In this document: positions 26,524 to 40,095 of the stretch, piece by piece
How the letters are laid out: every line of letters begins with the position of its first letter
How positions within the stretch are numbered: the stretch's first letter is position 1
Assembly (NCBI GenBank): GCA_905178155.1
Contig: CAJINV010000002.1
Location: 2,771,217 to 2,835,216, forward strand
DNA length: 64,000 bases
Reading direction: 5' to 3'
DNA from: Amoebophrya sp. A120
Lineage: Eukaryota > Protista > Dinoflagellata
The notes under the pieces: generated by a model
What the model was told of the DNA's origin: nothing
The model's input: only the letters and a program-made list of their open reading frames with translations
Databases searched by the model: none
Program-made: the position numbers and the translations under genes

Positions 26524-27379
26524 AGGGGCTAAGTAGTTGTGCGGGGGTTTTTTGAATGCAAACTTCTATGTAGGCCGATACGCCTGTAGTCCCGGCAGTA
26601 GTTTCAGCATAATACAGTAGAAAAAAACCGTTTGTTGATGTCGTGATGCAGATTTGATGCACGCCCACGCCACACTAAGAAAAACAAAAACCCGATCGCG
26701 TTGATGAATTTTAACAATTTTTCCAGTAGACGGAGACGCCGGAATTTTAACAAATTTTCAGCCTGTATTTGTTCTGTTTTTCGGTTTGAGCGGAAGATTG
26801 TCGCGTTGATGTAATTCAGCTCCTCGGTAGTTATCCTGCCTACTTCGCCCGCTTCTCAAATGCACGAAGACAACTTGTCGGTCGAGCACGTCGGCAATTT
26901 TTAGTACATCGGTTGCTGCATTGCTGAAGACTTTTCCTCTCGGTTGTCGCATCGCTGAATTGATCTGCCACATTGCGGAACATCGGTGCGTTACTTCGTT
27001 CTTTTGCTAGCGAAGGTGTTACGATGAATGCAACACTGCTACTAAGTCTCCTGCACCCGAACAGCTACGAATGTCCCGACAAAAATGTTATACATCAGGT
27101 CTCCCCAGAGTTGAGGTACCAGTCTGTTGAGTGGGAGATGAATTTTTGTCCCTCCGGAGACGGAATTACTTTTCTGTTAAGTACGGTGTGTTTCTGGTAA
27201 AAAATGCGACAATTTACTAGCGTACCCTTCAAGATTGTGTCACAAGAGACACGACGTAGTTCTACTTTCCGAGCCACACCTGACCGCAACTTGCGTATGT
27301 AAGCCCTCTCGTGATCGTCCCTTGATCTCCGGTACGCGCTTCTACTTCACCCCCCCCCCCACAAGAATAGACGAACACC

Positions 27380-30300
27380 ATGGCCGAACTGGAGATTCCA
27401 GTCTTGCGGATCGAGAAGCTGGGTTTCCAGCACGGCGACTCGGGCGCCAGCATCGACCCCGCGTTTATCAAAGAGATGCGGAAAGCATTGGAAACCGTCG
27501 GGTTTTTCTACCTAGAAGGGTTCGATGTGGCGAAAGAACAGGGTGGGTTGGACTTGGATTTAGAGAAGGTGTTGAAAATATGAAACTGGACAACCCTCCC
27601 TACCCCTCGTTTGTCATGCGAAATCCCAAATCCAGATGGCGCCTTGTGGCACTATTTGCATTACAGATTTCGGGAACTACCGTGCCAGCACTACATTCAG
27701 CGCGTGAACTTGTCATGCACAGGCTCCACGTGTGAGTGTGTTGGTGCTTGTGATGCTGTTCGTACTTACAATACAAATGAGGGGGAGGGTGGTTGTGCAC
27801 TGTCATAGAGAATCGGGCACGAATTTTTCGAGCAGAAAGGAGAAAACAGCAGCCAGCACCTGGATTTGACCATGGAAACCGTGTTTGAAAAATTAGTCGA
27901 GGACAAGAACATCAACAACGCGGATGATGAAACAACAGCAGGCAGCACTACAAATTCCGATAAAAATTCCACATCAAACAAAAGCAACTACCTCCCGATC
28001 AAGCACTGGTGGGCGGGGCGCGGGTACCTGCCCGCGGAGCGCCATACCTTTGCGCTGAACAAAGAGACAAAGGAGATTGAGTCCGTTTCCTCCGAGGTTC
28101 TGACCCGGCAGGCATTTGATTTCGTCCGAGAAGTCCCGGAAGGGTTTTACGGAGACGGGTTTTTCGCACAGATGAAATTGAACAGCAATAACGCAGATGG
28201 TGGTACAACAACCACTGCGAAAGTAGAAGTACCGCTCCAAGTCGAGCAGGCGCGACGAGATTTTCTCGAGAAGTACGTCTTATCAAATGCAAATATGTCT
28301 GGGTCTGGAAGGGTACAACTTGTGATGCTACTTTTGGAATCTACATAAAAGCTGTATTGCATGAACAGCAAAAGAGGTGTAATCTGTGCTACGCGGAGAG
28401 GGAATTTCTCATGCGGTATGACAGCATCAGAAACCCTCGCAAAATATCCCATGCTAGGGCATGCATCACAGACCTCATGGGCCATGCAAAATCTGCATGA
28501 CAAACTCCTGCACTCTTCCAGATGACCCAGACATTTTTGCAATCCATACGTCTACGCGAAGAACAAAAGCACGGATGACACGGTGTCGGTTGAATCAACG
28601 GTGAGTTTAACGGAGTATTTGAACACCGAGTACTCCGAGGCGATGAAACGGGTCGGCCGGAAACTGATGACCGCCATGGCGTTGGCCCTGGACGAGGCGC
28701 TGTGCGAAGACACCGGGGCGGAGGGGTCTACGCACTTCGTGAAATTGCTGCACAAACTGACCACGACGAATCACGGGGGAAGGGGTTTGGCAAAAGAAGA
28801 TGAAGTGGATGTTCCAGCAGGACAAGATCAAACGGACGGAGCAACCGCTTCTAGCGCAGTCCTACCACAGCTAACTTCCGACGACCAGAAGAGTACAACG
28901 GATGTCGACAATTTCCACAACAGCAATAGTTTGACCACGTTGTCAACCGCTGCCTCCACTTCTGTCCCAACCTCGCCGGCAGTCGGGGTGCGGATGAACC
29001 ATCATGCCGGATATAAAAGTGCACAACTCCCCCTCCCCCTCATTTGTCATGCAAAATATCCAATCCACCCTTTGCCTCTTGGCACATTTTGCATGACAAG
29101 TTCTGGTCGCCCAAATAGCACTACACTCCAGTGCAAATTTGTCATGCAAAACCGGCGTTCTTGCTGATGCTTTTATTGCCGTTCATGCTATACAAATGAG
29201 GGGGAGGGGGAGTTGTGCACTGTCATACCGGAACAGCATCAAACACAAAGAACGGGAAGACCGATTTGAACGATTTGTTGTACGAAAACCACGACCAAGC
29301 GCATTCCTACTATGGATTGTAAAAATGTCTGGGTCTGGAAGATTGCAACTTCTCGTGCTAAATCTGAATCATGCAGAAATCTGTGTTGCATGAGTGCTGA
29401 AAGGTGTCCACTTTCGACCAAGTTTGGAGGGAGTTTCTCATGCAGGATAGGCATGGCAGAGACCTCACAGACTCTGTCATGCTAGGTCCCGCATTCCAGA
29501 TCCAGGCCTCACACGTCATGGAAAACCTGCATGACAAGTTTACACTCTTCCAGACCCAGACATTTTTGCATTTGATACCTACTCCGTCCCGGCAACTTGG
29601 ATGACAGAAGCCTCTGACGCTTCCTGGTGGTATATCAAAAGGAAAAATCGCCCCTCCCCATAATGAAAAGGTATGCTTCTAGAAATTTGTGATGCCGATT
29701 TGTGACCACAAATCCTGTCTCTCTTGCAAGAGGGCAAACTCAGAGACTCCGCCACGATATGCGGGCGGTTTGTAATGCTGCAAGGCCTTAAGGGTAGGCG
29801 TCTGCCATGCTGGGCTCCTACACCAAGAGGCGCCCCCTTAGGATCGCGATCTGCGTGCAGTCCTTTACTGCAAGACAAATGTGATTTGTGTACTCAAATA
29901 CAGCAACACAGATTTCCGTTTTGATATGGGGACGGGGGATTTTTCTTTTCGATATGGTACCTCCGGGTGTTGCACTACAAGGGAATCATCCAGGACGACC
30001 CGAATAATTTCAAGGTTTCCATGGCGCCCCACACGGATTTCGGCTGGCTGACGTTGTTAAACCAGGACTCCACGGAAACGCCAGCACTACAAATCCAGGA
30101 CATCCACAACAATTGGCACGGAGTGGCACCGCGGAAGAACGCGATCATTGTGAACATCGGGGACATGATGTCGGCTTGGAGCAATATCTTGTGTAAAAAC
30201 GCCCCCAAGAACCCATAGTTGTCATGCAGATCCACATGCTTAAAATATCTCTCATGCGGAGCCCCATGAAATCGCGTTTTCTAATGCTGTTTTGAAATTT

Positions 30301-31318
30301 GTGATGCTCGAATCAGGATGAGCGACTAGATGTGTGATGCTGCTGTACTAGCTAAACACGAATAATACACTGCGGGCCTAAACTTGTCATGCGCAAGAGC
30401 CAAAGCTTGTCGATTTCTCTTGCAAAGTTCCCAACTTGATGACTAGGGGGTCGTGGGGACGTTTTTGCATATGATAAGCAACGGGAGATACCTAGCCCGG
30501 TTGCACCGCGTGATTCATTCGGGAAAGGAGCACCGGGTCTCCTATTGCGAGGAAAAATCCCCCCTGCCCATATCGCAAAGGTATGTTTCCGAAAATTTGT
30601 GTTGCTGGTTTGAGACAACAAATCACGTCGGTCTTGCAAGAAGCGAAGCGCAGGGGCTTCCGCCCCATTATGGAAGCGATTTGGCATGCTGTTGGGACTA
30701 GGGGACAGCCGTTTGCAATGCTAAACAACTAGACGCACACCCAATCGCCCCTTCTACGTAGGCTGAGGATCTGGCTGCGATGCCGTATTGCAAGACAGCG
30801 CGCATATGTGTACGGAAATCCAGCATCAGAAATCTCGTCTTGATATGGGGAGGGGAGATTTTTCGTTCTGATATCTCCGTGCCCTTTTTCTACAACCCGT
30901 CGCTCGACGCGAAGGTGCCGCTGAAACTGAAGAAGGATTTGAAGGAGCAGGCGTTTGGGGTCGGCGGTTCGAACACGGTGAAGGTTTTGCAGAATCAGGA
31001 CTTGTATGCATTGCAAATATGTCTGGGTCTGGAAATCTGTGATGCTGAGTTGAGCATGATTGAAGCGCTTGCAATGGCAGCCAGGCATGACAAGTTTTGG
31101 AGACGCCTACTGATGCCTTACACGCATCACAAATTTCGTTTTTCCATGACAAAGTATTAAGCTCCTCTTTTGCTGCTCTTGCAACGCAGATTTTCCGGGA
31201 ATGCAAGACACGCATCACAAGTTCCACTGTTCCAGACCCAGACATTTTTGCATTTGATAACTTGGAGTACGTGTACTACGGGGAACATTTGGCCAGGTCG
31301 CTGGGGTATGCGTTGTGA
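27380..31318 (+). CDS. 2-oxoglutarate/Fe(II)-dependent dioxygenase (isopenicillin N synthase-like), interrupted by 8 elements
   Basis: Rebuilt motifs IPVL...GFFYL; RGY; LRVLHY; HTDFGWLTLLNQD; IVNIGDMMSAWSNGRYLARLHRV; RVSVPFFYNP. Confidence 0.92.
27579..27807. mobile_element. Family B intronic element
   Basis: Repeat gaaaa/gagaa; removal gives VLKIGHEFF. Confidence 0.87.
28281..28548. mobile_element. Family A intronic element
   Basis: Repeat cgtct/cgtct; removal gives KYVYAKN. Confidence 0.9.
29012..29227. mobile_element. Family B intronic element
   Basis: Repeat ccgga/ccgga. Confidence 0.9.
29311..29577. mobile_element. Family A intronic element
   Basis: Repeat cctac/cctac. Confidence 0.9.
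29633..29954. mobile_element. Family D intronic element
   Basis: tatcaaaaggaaaaatcgcccctccccata / tatggggacgggggatttttcttttcgata; repeat tggta/tggta; removal gives WWYLRVLHY. Confidence 0.9.
30185..30476. mobile_element. Family F intronic element
   Basis: Repeat agcaa/agcaa; removal gives WSNGRY. Confidence 0.9.
30543..30873. mobile_element. Family D intronic element
   Basis: Repeat tctcc/tctcc; removal gives RVSVPFF. Confidence 0.9.
31005..31259. mobile_element. Family A intronic element
   Basis: Repeat acttg/acttg; removal gives QDLEYVYYGEHL. Confidence 0.9.
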
Positions 31319-32497
31319 TCTACTGGAGCAGGTACTTAGCTAGCTCTTGTACGAAGAGTAAGTCGGTCTTTGACGGAGGATTTCATCTCAACTGAGATCT
31401 ATCGTTTCAATTTTCAAAAACGTGTCTGTGTGTTTCTGTGTTGTGGTAACAGATGCAAGTAAATTACGAGTACGACGTAGTGTGCAGCATAGTAAGTATC
31501 AATTAAGCTAGGTTTCACTTCTTCCATTCTCTGGAATGGAGATTGATCCGTTATCACGCTCGATTTTGCTACTAGCCATTCTTTCACTTCGGCGAGTATT
31601 GAAATTTAAGTATGTAGCGGTATTGTAGTTGAGCCTCGTATAATGCGACTTCTATGTTGAAACTCAAACTGCAAATGCAATGGATTTAGCTGCCAGGGGG
31701 CTGGCTCCTAAGCCGGCCTCTGCAGTAACTTCCATTGAAGATGCGCTCATCTACTTGAGCACATAAGTTCTTTACCGGTTCTTTTTATCTATCAACTTGA
31801 CTGTCTCTCCGAGCGAGACGTTTTTTTCGACAAAATTTTTCCGGCGTTTTTTTCAAGAAATAAGTACCTCGCTATAGACTACAACTTCTTTGTATTCCGT
31901 TTCCCTTTGGCGCAGACGCAGTCGCAACGGTTTTTTTTTCTTTTCCAAATCTAAAAACACTCTGGCGGTTAGGATTTCCGAAAAAGTCGGACGGTAGTTA
32001 TGATTAGATTTACCGGCGCAAAAAATTCAGGGTCTTTTATCTGGCGCTAAATTTGTTTCTCCGTTTTCGCATAAGTAAGAACAACACATGATGTCATGTA
32101 GTACCACGGAGCTGCATCCGGTGGAATTTCTTTCCTGAAATAAATACAAGAAGAAAAAAGCAGAGTGGAGGGAGATGACACGCACTCCCGTTAGCCAAAC
32201 TGGAGGACTCCTGAAGGTGTTCACCCTGCACTGCACCAGATTGTTGCAGTTGAATTAGTCGGAAAAGAAAAACGCGATCCTGTCTCAAAACACCGTGACG
32301 AGGTGTCCTCTGATATTTAAGCAATTCTGCTGGCAGTAATAGTTGACGCCAACTTTCTCAGGTCCCACTTACCACACACTGTACAGTTCGACCATATTAT
32401 GTGAAAGAACATTTTTCCTCCATGAGAAGATTCGTTTGCTTTTGTGATTGAAATTTTTTTTCGCACATCCGTGGACTCTGCAGAGAAAAAACGCATC

Positions 32498-34729
32498 ATG
32501 AACATCGACGACCGGCGTGGTCTTTATGGCAGCAAGGCCGATCATGCCCAGCAAGGCAAGAGCACCATTGTTGGCGCAACGTCAGTACAACCTTTGACGA
32601 AAATTCCCGCGGCTCAGGACGCGCACCCGACGAATAAATTCCAAATATCAGACGCCGACCTGATCGCGAACCCGACGTGGCACATTTTCTCCCCGACTTT
32701 AAATCAAAGTTACGCTACGAGAAATGCAGTAGAGGCCTATCTTGCTGCGACGAACTACGAGGCTTTGGTGGAGGTTCCAGTTGAGAGCGCTGCAGTGGCG
32801 CCGCAATTATCGCGATTCGCCTCGTTCAGCCCGGCGTCTCGATGGTGCGACGCAGAGGTTGTCCAAGATGAACCAGGGAGCAGTGCCAGTGCTGGCAAGG
32901 CTTCGTCTAGAGCCAGGGATTTGGACGGCCTTTTGCAACCGCACGTGTCCCACGTCGTCTGGCTACCGCTGCGTGTGCCCGGCTACATTGGGTCTGGCGG
33001 CTACAACACGGCCCGTTATTTTGCGGTCAATTTGTTGAAAGTTGTGCACGAGCATTCTAGTGGTAGTGCGGAAATCCACAAAGACGGAACAAAAACCAGC
33101 TCTGACCTCGAACGGGGCGCTGAAAAAATGGAGACCTGTTCTCGGGACGCCTTCATCGCCGAGCTGCTTTCCGGCAAATTTCCGTCGATGCTCCTGGGGA
33201 AGGATTTTTGGGGACCTCGGAAGAATGGCGCAGATGGCCCTCGTGGGAAGCTACCGTCGAAACAGCAAGGAAAAAGTAGAGAGCGCAGTGTGAGGCGAGA
33301 CGAAGCAAAAATTGCAGCATCCACTTTACGGGGAGACACTGGCACAGCCACGGTCCCGCAGGGCTTGCCGTCCGTCTCCACGAAAAACAACGAGAAGGGC
33401 AAATCCCTACCGGTGTTACTTCTGGGGCAAGAGGAAAAAATGAAGACTCTCTGCGTTGTCGACAACACGACGGACGAAAAAGACGACGAAGTCAGCCTTT
33501 CCTGCATCGAAATCGACGGGCCGAGCGGACTATCCTCTGCAAAAGTATCGTACTCGTAGTAATTGCAGTTATGCATTACAAATCTTTTTCCTACGGTCAA
33601 TCAGCATTACAAATTCCATTTCTCATGCTGAGGAAATTTGTAATGCAATTCATACTAGTATTAAGCACGTTGCTTTTGCAATGCATACGGACCACATATC
33701 TTGCCCGGGGTTGGTGGGACGTATCGCTGGAAGCCGAGGCCGCCGGATTACGAGGTGGGAGAGGAGATTGTCATGGATGTGGATAGTACCAGTGGAGATA
33801 GTGGCGAGCAGAACGGTGACCATTCTGCGGATGAGAATATGGAGGGTCGCGAAGATGGCGGCGATAACACGTCAGATGACGACCACTCCGAAGACGGTTC
33901 TGAAGGAGAGAACACAACCGACGTCCACGTTCTCGAAACCGTGTCACGCCGGCGGCCCCTCCCACCCTTCGCGTTGCTGCTAGTTGGAGATTTGCACCCG
34001 TTTTCCACTGTGAACACGCGGAATACAAAGTCCTGGGACGTGCTGTACACGTTCGAAGCGACGACGTCCGACAAGAACTCCGTAGTGGGCAGCGGGACGA
34101 ACAAGAAATCTACTACCGAACCTGCTGTTGCAGTTGCAGACCTGGCAAAGAAACTGGCCGCGGTGGGGCTGCATGATCAAGGCAGCTGCACGGAGAAAAA
34201 TTGTGCACAAAAATCTACTCCTGCTTTGTTACAACTGCATGTGACCACCAAAAAGCCACCACCACTTCCTGAAAACGCGACTTCACGCCAATTAGTGTTT
34301 GATTCCCTAGAACGCGGGATCTGCCTACTGGGTTTCAATTGTCGAAAGGAGCGTCCCCCGAGGAAGAAACACGCCCTCTGTGCGACGATGTCGATTTTGT
34401 TGCCGAAGTGGGCGGAGGAGGAGCGGGCTAGTTCCGTCGAGGAGGTGATTGGGGACAAAGTCAAGCTTTTTTGGTTCTTCGATGTGTGTTTTGGCAAGTG
34501 GCGGAACGTTCCCTGGGGGGATATTTGTGAATTGTGGTTGAAGAAGGCGGTGGTGGTGGATGAGAGCAAAATGCAGTTGGCAAGTTCAAATTGTGCACCT
34601 TTTGATACTGGACGAGGACGCACACGCACTGCAGAAGCCGAAGCTGTGCCACCGCCTGATGATGCGAACAAACCGAAGAAGGCGTTTAAAGTGCCCGGGA
34701 AGTGGGCGAAGTATCTGGATGGTTTGTGA
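32498..34729 (+). CDS. Hypothetical protein (two exons)
   Basis: ORFs of 371 and 342 aa join in frame (PSGPHILPG) after removing the element at 33531; no family recognised. Confidence 0.75.
33531..33687. mobile_element. Family C intronic element
   Basis: Repeat cggac/cggac. Confidence 0.9.
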
Positions 34730-36110
34730 AAGTGCTATTTCACTCACTCCTGTGAAGGACAGGCAATTTCAATGAAGTTGAAGAGCAAAAGATGACTCTC
34801 GTCAGGTGAAACAGAACCAAATGCCCCGCTGGCCACTGTAGCGCGGGCTACAGATAATTGCGCCTTCACGATGAAAGAACAAAGAAACACAGTTTATTCC
34901 CATCGCTTGTTTCGACCTACTGGTACTAGACGCGGTTTCGCATCCTCACCGAAGAACCGAGGGTCAGTTTCTCTATTGTATGATAAACTTCTCAGCCTTG
35001 TTGTGCACCTGTACTAACTGCACACTGTCGATTTTGTTCTGTCTGGATCGACAGTGGACTCCGCGACGTACTATCGTGTTGAAAATACGGTCGTCTTTCT
35101 CTTTTCCTCTCCAGAAGTAGATTTCGATCTGTGAACATTGAACGGTCCGAGATCTTCACGTAGAAGATGACTGCGATCATGTTCGTTTCTGGCTCATTGA
35201 CCAAGCCTAGGATCTTGTATTTCATGAGCTCGAAAGAGAAAGACCTCTACTTGCTGAGGTGCTTGTCATGAAAGGGCGTCGGAGTGGGCTGATCCGATGA
35301 CAGGCTGCTGATCGTCCGTTCTGGAAGCTAGAAGTTGTGAGGCCACCAGTTGGCGCTTCTAAGGAAACAGACGTTGCCTCGCTAGCAGATGTTGACAACT
35401 GCTGGACACCAATAGATACTGAGTTTTGCTGTTTAGCAGACATTCACATTTCGCCGCAAAAATCTCTTCCACAGTGCCCTGACAGTTACAGTGCCTTGCT
35501 TACGTAGTAGAAGACAGGTTCTTAACTTTCAGGTCGATGAAGGTGACAAGTTTTACATTTCAAAGTACTTCTACTTTCGCTTTCCGTATAGAAATAGAAG
35601 AACGAACACGAAGTAAAAGGAAGACGGTCACGCACTCGAAGTTAGTCGATAGAGCTGACGAGTTGGATATACGTACCTAACTATACACGCAATCCAAGAA
35701 GGGGAGCACTACATCAACACCAAGTAGACCCGTAGATCTCAGGACGATATCAGAAATAAATTTTCACAAGAACACTATTCTTCTCAAGACGCGTGTATTT
35801 TTCCCTCCCTCTTTCTCCAGAATTGTCGATACACACCGCCCGTACTAGAAAGATCAGACAGCAGTACCTACCCTTTAGATCATCTTCAGCCATTGACGAC
35901 TACCCTTCCCGTCCTAAGCATCTGAATCTGGTACTTATGACTAGGAAAATAAATCTCGACGTATAATGGATACAACGCACATGAGTTATTTGTATTTCTA
36001 AAGCGCTAAACAACTAGTCAGAATCAAATACAAATTATCAATCGAATTTCTTTTTCTTCTTTACTGTACATTTATTAATTTGTTTCCAAGAAAACTAAAA
36101 CTAAAACAAG

Positions 36111-39100
36111 ATGGGAAGTAGATTTGATTACCTTTTCGACGAGGCCAACCAGGACATTGAGCGCGCCATCGCCTTGTCCCTGCAAGACCAACAAGAAGCC
36201 GCGCGCTATCAAATGCAAAAATGTCTGGGTTTGGAAGAGTCATGCTGTTTTTGCATGACACAGAAGGTCTGGCATGGAAGCTCTAGCATCACAGGTTTCG
36301 AGAAGCTTCCGCAATGTCGAACCCGCATGACAAATGCCCCACTTTGGTGACAGAGAGCGGGCAGCTTTTGCTACCTATGCATGAGAGATTTTTCTGTGTT
36401 CTGAAATGCGCATCACAGTTTGGTATTCTTCCAGACCCAGACATATTTGGGATCCATACGCGCCAGGCCTCTACAACTACTACCCCGCCTAGTACAACTG
36501 GTGACCAACACCAGCAACGGTCAACACTGGGCGAAGGAGTACTACAAGCTGCACAAGAACCTCCCGGGGGCGAAGAAGATAACTCCTCTTCCTCTACAAA
36601 CCCGGGCGGAAACAGGATCGACGATCATACCATGATTTCTACCGGTCATCAACATCAGCACCACACCGAGATTCTGATCCCGCCTACGGTAGAGGAGGAT
36701 GAGGAATTCCAACGTGCGCTGGAGGAATCCCGCTTGCTCTATGCGCAAGAGGAGTTGTCCCGCCGGCAGATGGAAGTGCTAGACCACGAGCAGCAGCTCC
36801 CGAGCAGCTCGAGTGCCGCCACACTTTCCGCCGGGAGTAGTACTGGTGATCTTGCCCCTCGCGCATCACAAAGAACGGAGCCCGCTTCCTTCCCCGCCCT
36901 AGCACTCCCCCAGATCAGCAACCGACGCGCCAGGGTGCCTTCCTCGACCTCCTCTGTTTCGGTTATTACACCCCCAGCGCTTATCGGTGGTCACCTTTCA
37001 GCGGCGAGTATCAGGACGATGCCCAGCACCCCTGCCGCAATCGCCCGAAACTGCAGTAACCGTAACATTATCGATCCAACCGGCTTCAGGGTGCAGATCC
37101 TGGTGAAGCAAGACGGCTCCCCGGAGTGGCGCCCCTTGCGCAGCGACAAGCATGAGGTAGACGCAACAGGCAGCATTTCTTCGTTCCGGGTCCTATGCAT
37201 TGCAAAAGTATCGTACTCGTATAAATGCATATACAAATTTCCTTGGCATGAGAAACAAAATTTGTAATGCGGATTTGATTTAACAAGAAAATTTGTAATG
37301 CATGACTGCAATACGAGTACAGTACGATACTTTTGCACAGGATAGGTCCACGCGCGGGACAACACGGTTTACCAGATCCGCTGCTTTTCCGAAATTGTGA
37401 AAGCGGTGGTGACCTGCCATGTCGATGGGCAGTCTGTGCTGCTCAAAGAGTCCTATGAATTGCAAAAGCATCGTGGTACTAGTAGTAATTGCATTACAAA
37501 TTAGCTCAGCATGACAACTGTCATGCCGTTCTACCTTAACATGGAGATTTGTAATGCATAATTGCGATGAGTACAAGTGCGATACTGTTGCACAGGATAA
37601 ATCCGACTTTCTCCCGATTTACGCGCCGGACAAACCGAAACTGATCCCGGGCTTTGACACCTTCATGGTGCATGACAAGAACACCGGCAGCCGGACGACA
37701 CAGTACCGCGAATTTGTTTTCAAGCTTGGTGATAATCTTCAAGACAATAGTTCTATCCTGTGCAAAAGTATCGTACTCGTATTGCAATCATGCATTACAA
37801 ATTTTTTTCTCAAGGTAAAACAGCATTACAAATTTTATTTCTCATGCTGAGGGAATTTGTCATGCATTTATACGAATACGATACTTTTGCAGTTCATAAG
37901 CTCTCGCTCTCGGAGGTCCCCCACGGGTTTGGACGATGGTATTACAACAGCAGGTCCGAGAGTCACGACTCCCATGGCAGGAGGAGCTCCAGTTCCTCCT
38001 GGACCCTCGATTATTGTCAACTTCTACGAGCTGATCGAGGAATGTCAATATTACGTGGATGCCGGGTTCCACGGGGGTGGCGGCGGAGGCAAGAATAAAC
38101 AGGGAGGCTGCAGCATCCAAACGGTCTCCCGGGAGCTCTCGGACCAGTCATTCCCGCCTAGCCCCTTCAACAACAACAGTAACAACATGCTCGGAATTGG
38201 AAATGCAAATAGAAATACCACTGGTAAAAAGAAGGAAAAGCACATTAAAAGCGCGAAAAAATCGAAGCGCGGAGATGTTGACAAAAATGGTCCACCAGGT
38301 GACTACGGAATAAACCAGGACGCCACTTCCAGTCATCTCCGCACGGGATTGGGGGACATGATGGAGCACACGCGGGGAGGAAATGATAGTAATAAAGGTG
38401 GTGGGAAGGGCAACAAAGGTTTTATTGGGAAAAACGGAAAAATGATGATGAAGAACAACAAGATTTCTCGCGGCCGGTTGCTGCACACGGTCGTCGTCAC
38501 CGCGCAGAAAGAAGTGCTGTTCTGGCATCGACAGCTGTTTCTATGCATTGCAAGAGCATCGTACTAGTAGAAATCGCATTACAAATTCGGTCCGCATGAG
38601 AAATAGAATTTGTCATGCTGTTTCACCTTGGGATGGAGATTTGTAATGCATGACTGCGATTACTACGAATGCGATACTTTTGCACAGGACAGTTTCTCTA
38701 CGAAGACAATGTTGGTTTGGGGCAGATCCCGGCGCCGGTCTTACCCCCGTTGAGAGAAGTGGGTCGCTCGCCTGCTTCTTTCTCCTCTTCTTCTCAAGCA
38801 GAAGATCCAACGACCGACGCGGGCCGGCTGGTAATTGTGATTGACGCAGCCAATGTGGCCAGATACGACGATGGAATTTGTAGTAGTAGTAGTGCAACTC
38901 TAGCTTCACCGGCGAGGGAATCTTCTGCGACTGGTACCAGCGCAGCAGGAGGACACACTTCCGCTGCTGCCGCTGCATCGGGTAGTTCCAGTGGCAGTGC
39001 AGACGGCCGGGAGGTTATTGACTTGACCGGCGAAGCAGGAACAGGAGGAGAACGGGGTGATGTTATTGATCTTACCGGGGAACAAACGGGAGGCAACTCT

Positions 39101-40095
39101 GCTGCTGATCAACGTCGAATCAACGTTAATGTTTCCCCGACTTCCAGTGCTACCAACAGCCCCGGGCAACGTCATGGAGATGGATCATCTCCCTCACAGA
39201 ACCACCTTCCTCCGTTCCAACCGGAAAAGCTCCGGAAGATGGTGCAGTTTTTCCAAGAGTTACTGATCAAGAACTTTTCCGAAAATCGCATCAACTTAAC
39301 AACCACCGCCCACATCGTCATCGGTTGCGCCGCGGGGGACATGCCGGGGTTGGAATTAGGCAAATTGCGGACCTTTTTCAACAACGTTGCAGACCGGACG
39401 AGTAGTCACCACGTGTGCGCGCTGAAATTCCGATGCGCGGAGTACGGGGCTGGGATATGAATTGCAAAAGTAATATCGTACTCGTACTAATCGCACTTCT
39501 GCATTACAAATCTAGTTGCCGAGGTAAATCCGCATTACAAATTTAATGTGTAATGCTGAGCGAATTGGTATTGGAATTTCAATTTGTAATGCAATTCAAA
39601 CTAGTACGACTACGATACTTTTGCACCGGATATGGGAGCCAGAATGTCGATCGGGTTTTGTTGGAAGAAGCGTTACGGCCGGATATTTGCGGGTGTTTGG
39701 TCAGCAACGATAAGTTATGCATTGCAAAAGTATCGTACTCGTATAAATGCATTACAAATTTCCTCAGCATGAGAAATGAAATTTGTAATGCAGATTTTGA
39801 TTTGCCTTAAGAAGGAGATTTGTAATGCATGACTGCAATACCCTTACCAGTACGATACTTTTGCACAGGATATAAGTTCGAGGATCACGTGAACAACCGG
39901 GTTGTTTCGGGGAGTATGGTGGAGAAAATCCGGGTGGAATTTGGATTTTTTCAGCAAACGGAGTTGCTCGTCTACGCCCCTAACTTTTGGGAGGAGCACA
40001 TGAATAAAGGAGGAGATCTGGATCGCGAGGAACACTTGATCGATTTCTTGGCGGAGAAGCTGACGCCGACGAGCTACACTTTAGGAGGCCGGTGA
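36111..40095 (+). CDS. Protein with UIM-like motifs, SIM-like VIDLT motifs and a C-terminal Zc3h12a/Regnase-type NYN/PIN ribonuclease-like domain; 7 elements
   Basis: DIERAIALSL and EEFQRALEES (UIM); VIDLT x2; IVIDAANVA...VDRVLL...CLVSNDKFEDH after splicing. Confidence 0.72.
36207..36458. mobile_element. Family A intronic element
   Basis: Repeat cgcgc/cgcgc. Confidence 0.88.
37194..37344. mobile_element. Family C intronic element
   Basis: Repeat ggtcc/ggtcc. Confidence 0.9.
37454..37599. mobile_element. Family C intronic element
   Basis: Repeat agtcc/aatcc. Confidence 0.87.
37754..37898. mobile_element. Family C intronic element, reverse orientation
   Basis: Starts tatcctgtgcaaaag, ends gcagttcata; repeat agttc/agctc. 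Confidence 0.88.
38542..38691. mobile_element. Family C intronic element (ends ACA)
   Basis: Repeat gtttc/gtttc. Confidence 0.87.
39456..39632. mobile_element. Family C intronic element
   Basis: Repeat tggga/tggga. Confidence 0.88.
39716..39872. mobile_element. Family C intronic element
   Basis: Repeat taagt/taagt; removal gives SNDKFEDH. Confidence 0.9.

Noticed and set aside
25373-26668. Possible minus-strand gene spanning elements 25829 and 26155
   Set aside because: Frames open on both strands after element removal, but the minus frames lack a clear start or homology; the plus frame fits better. Unresolved without RNA data.
27579-31259. Repeat-spacer appearance resembling a CRISPR array
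   Set aside because: Repeats are inverted pairs of mixed families with irregular spacing, the spacers are exons of one gene, and no cas genes are present.
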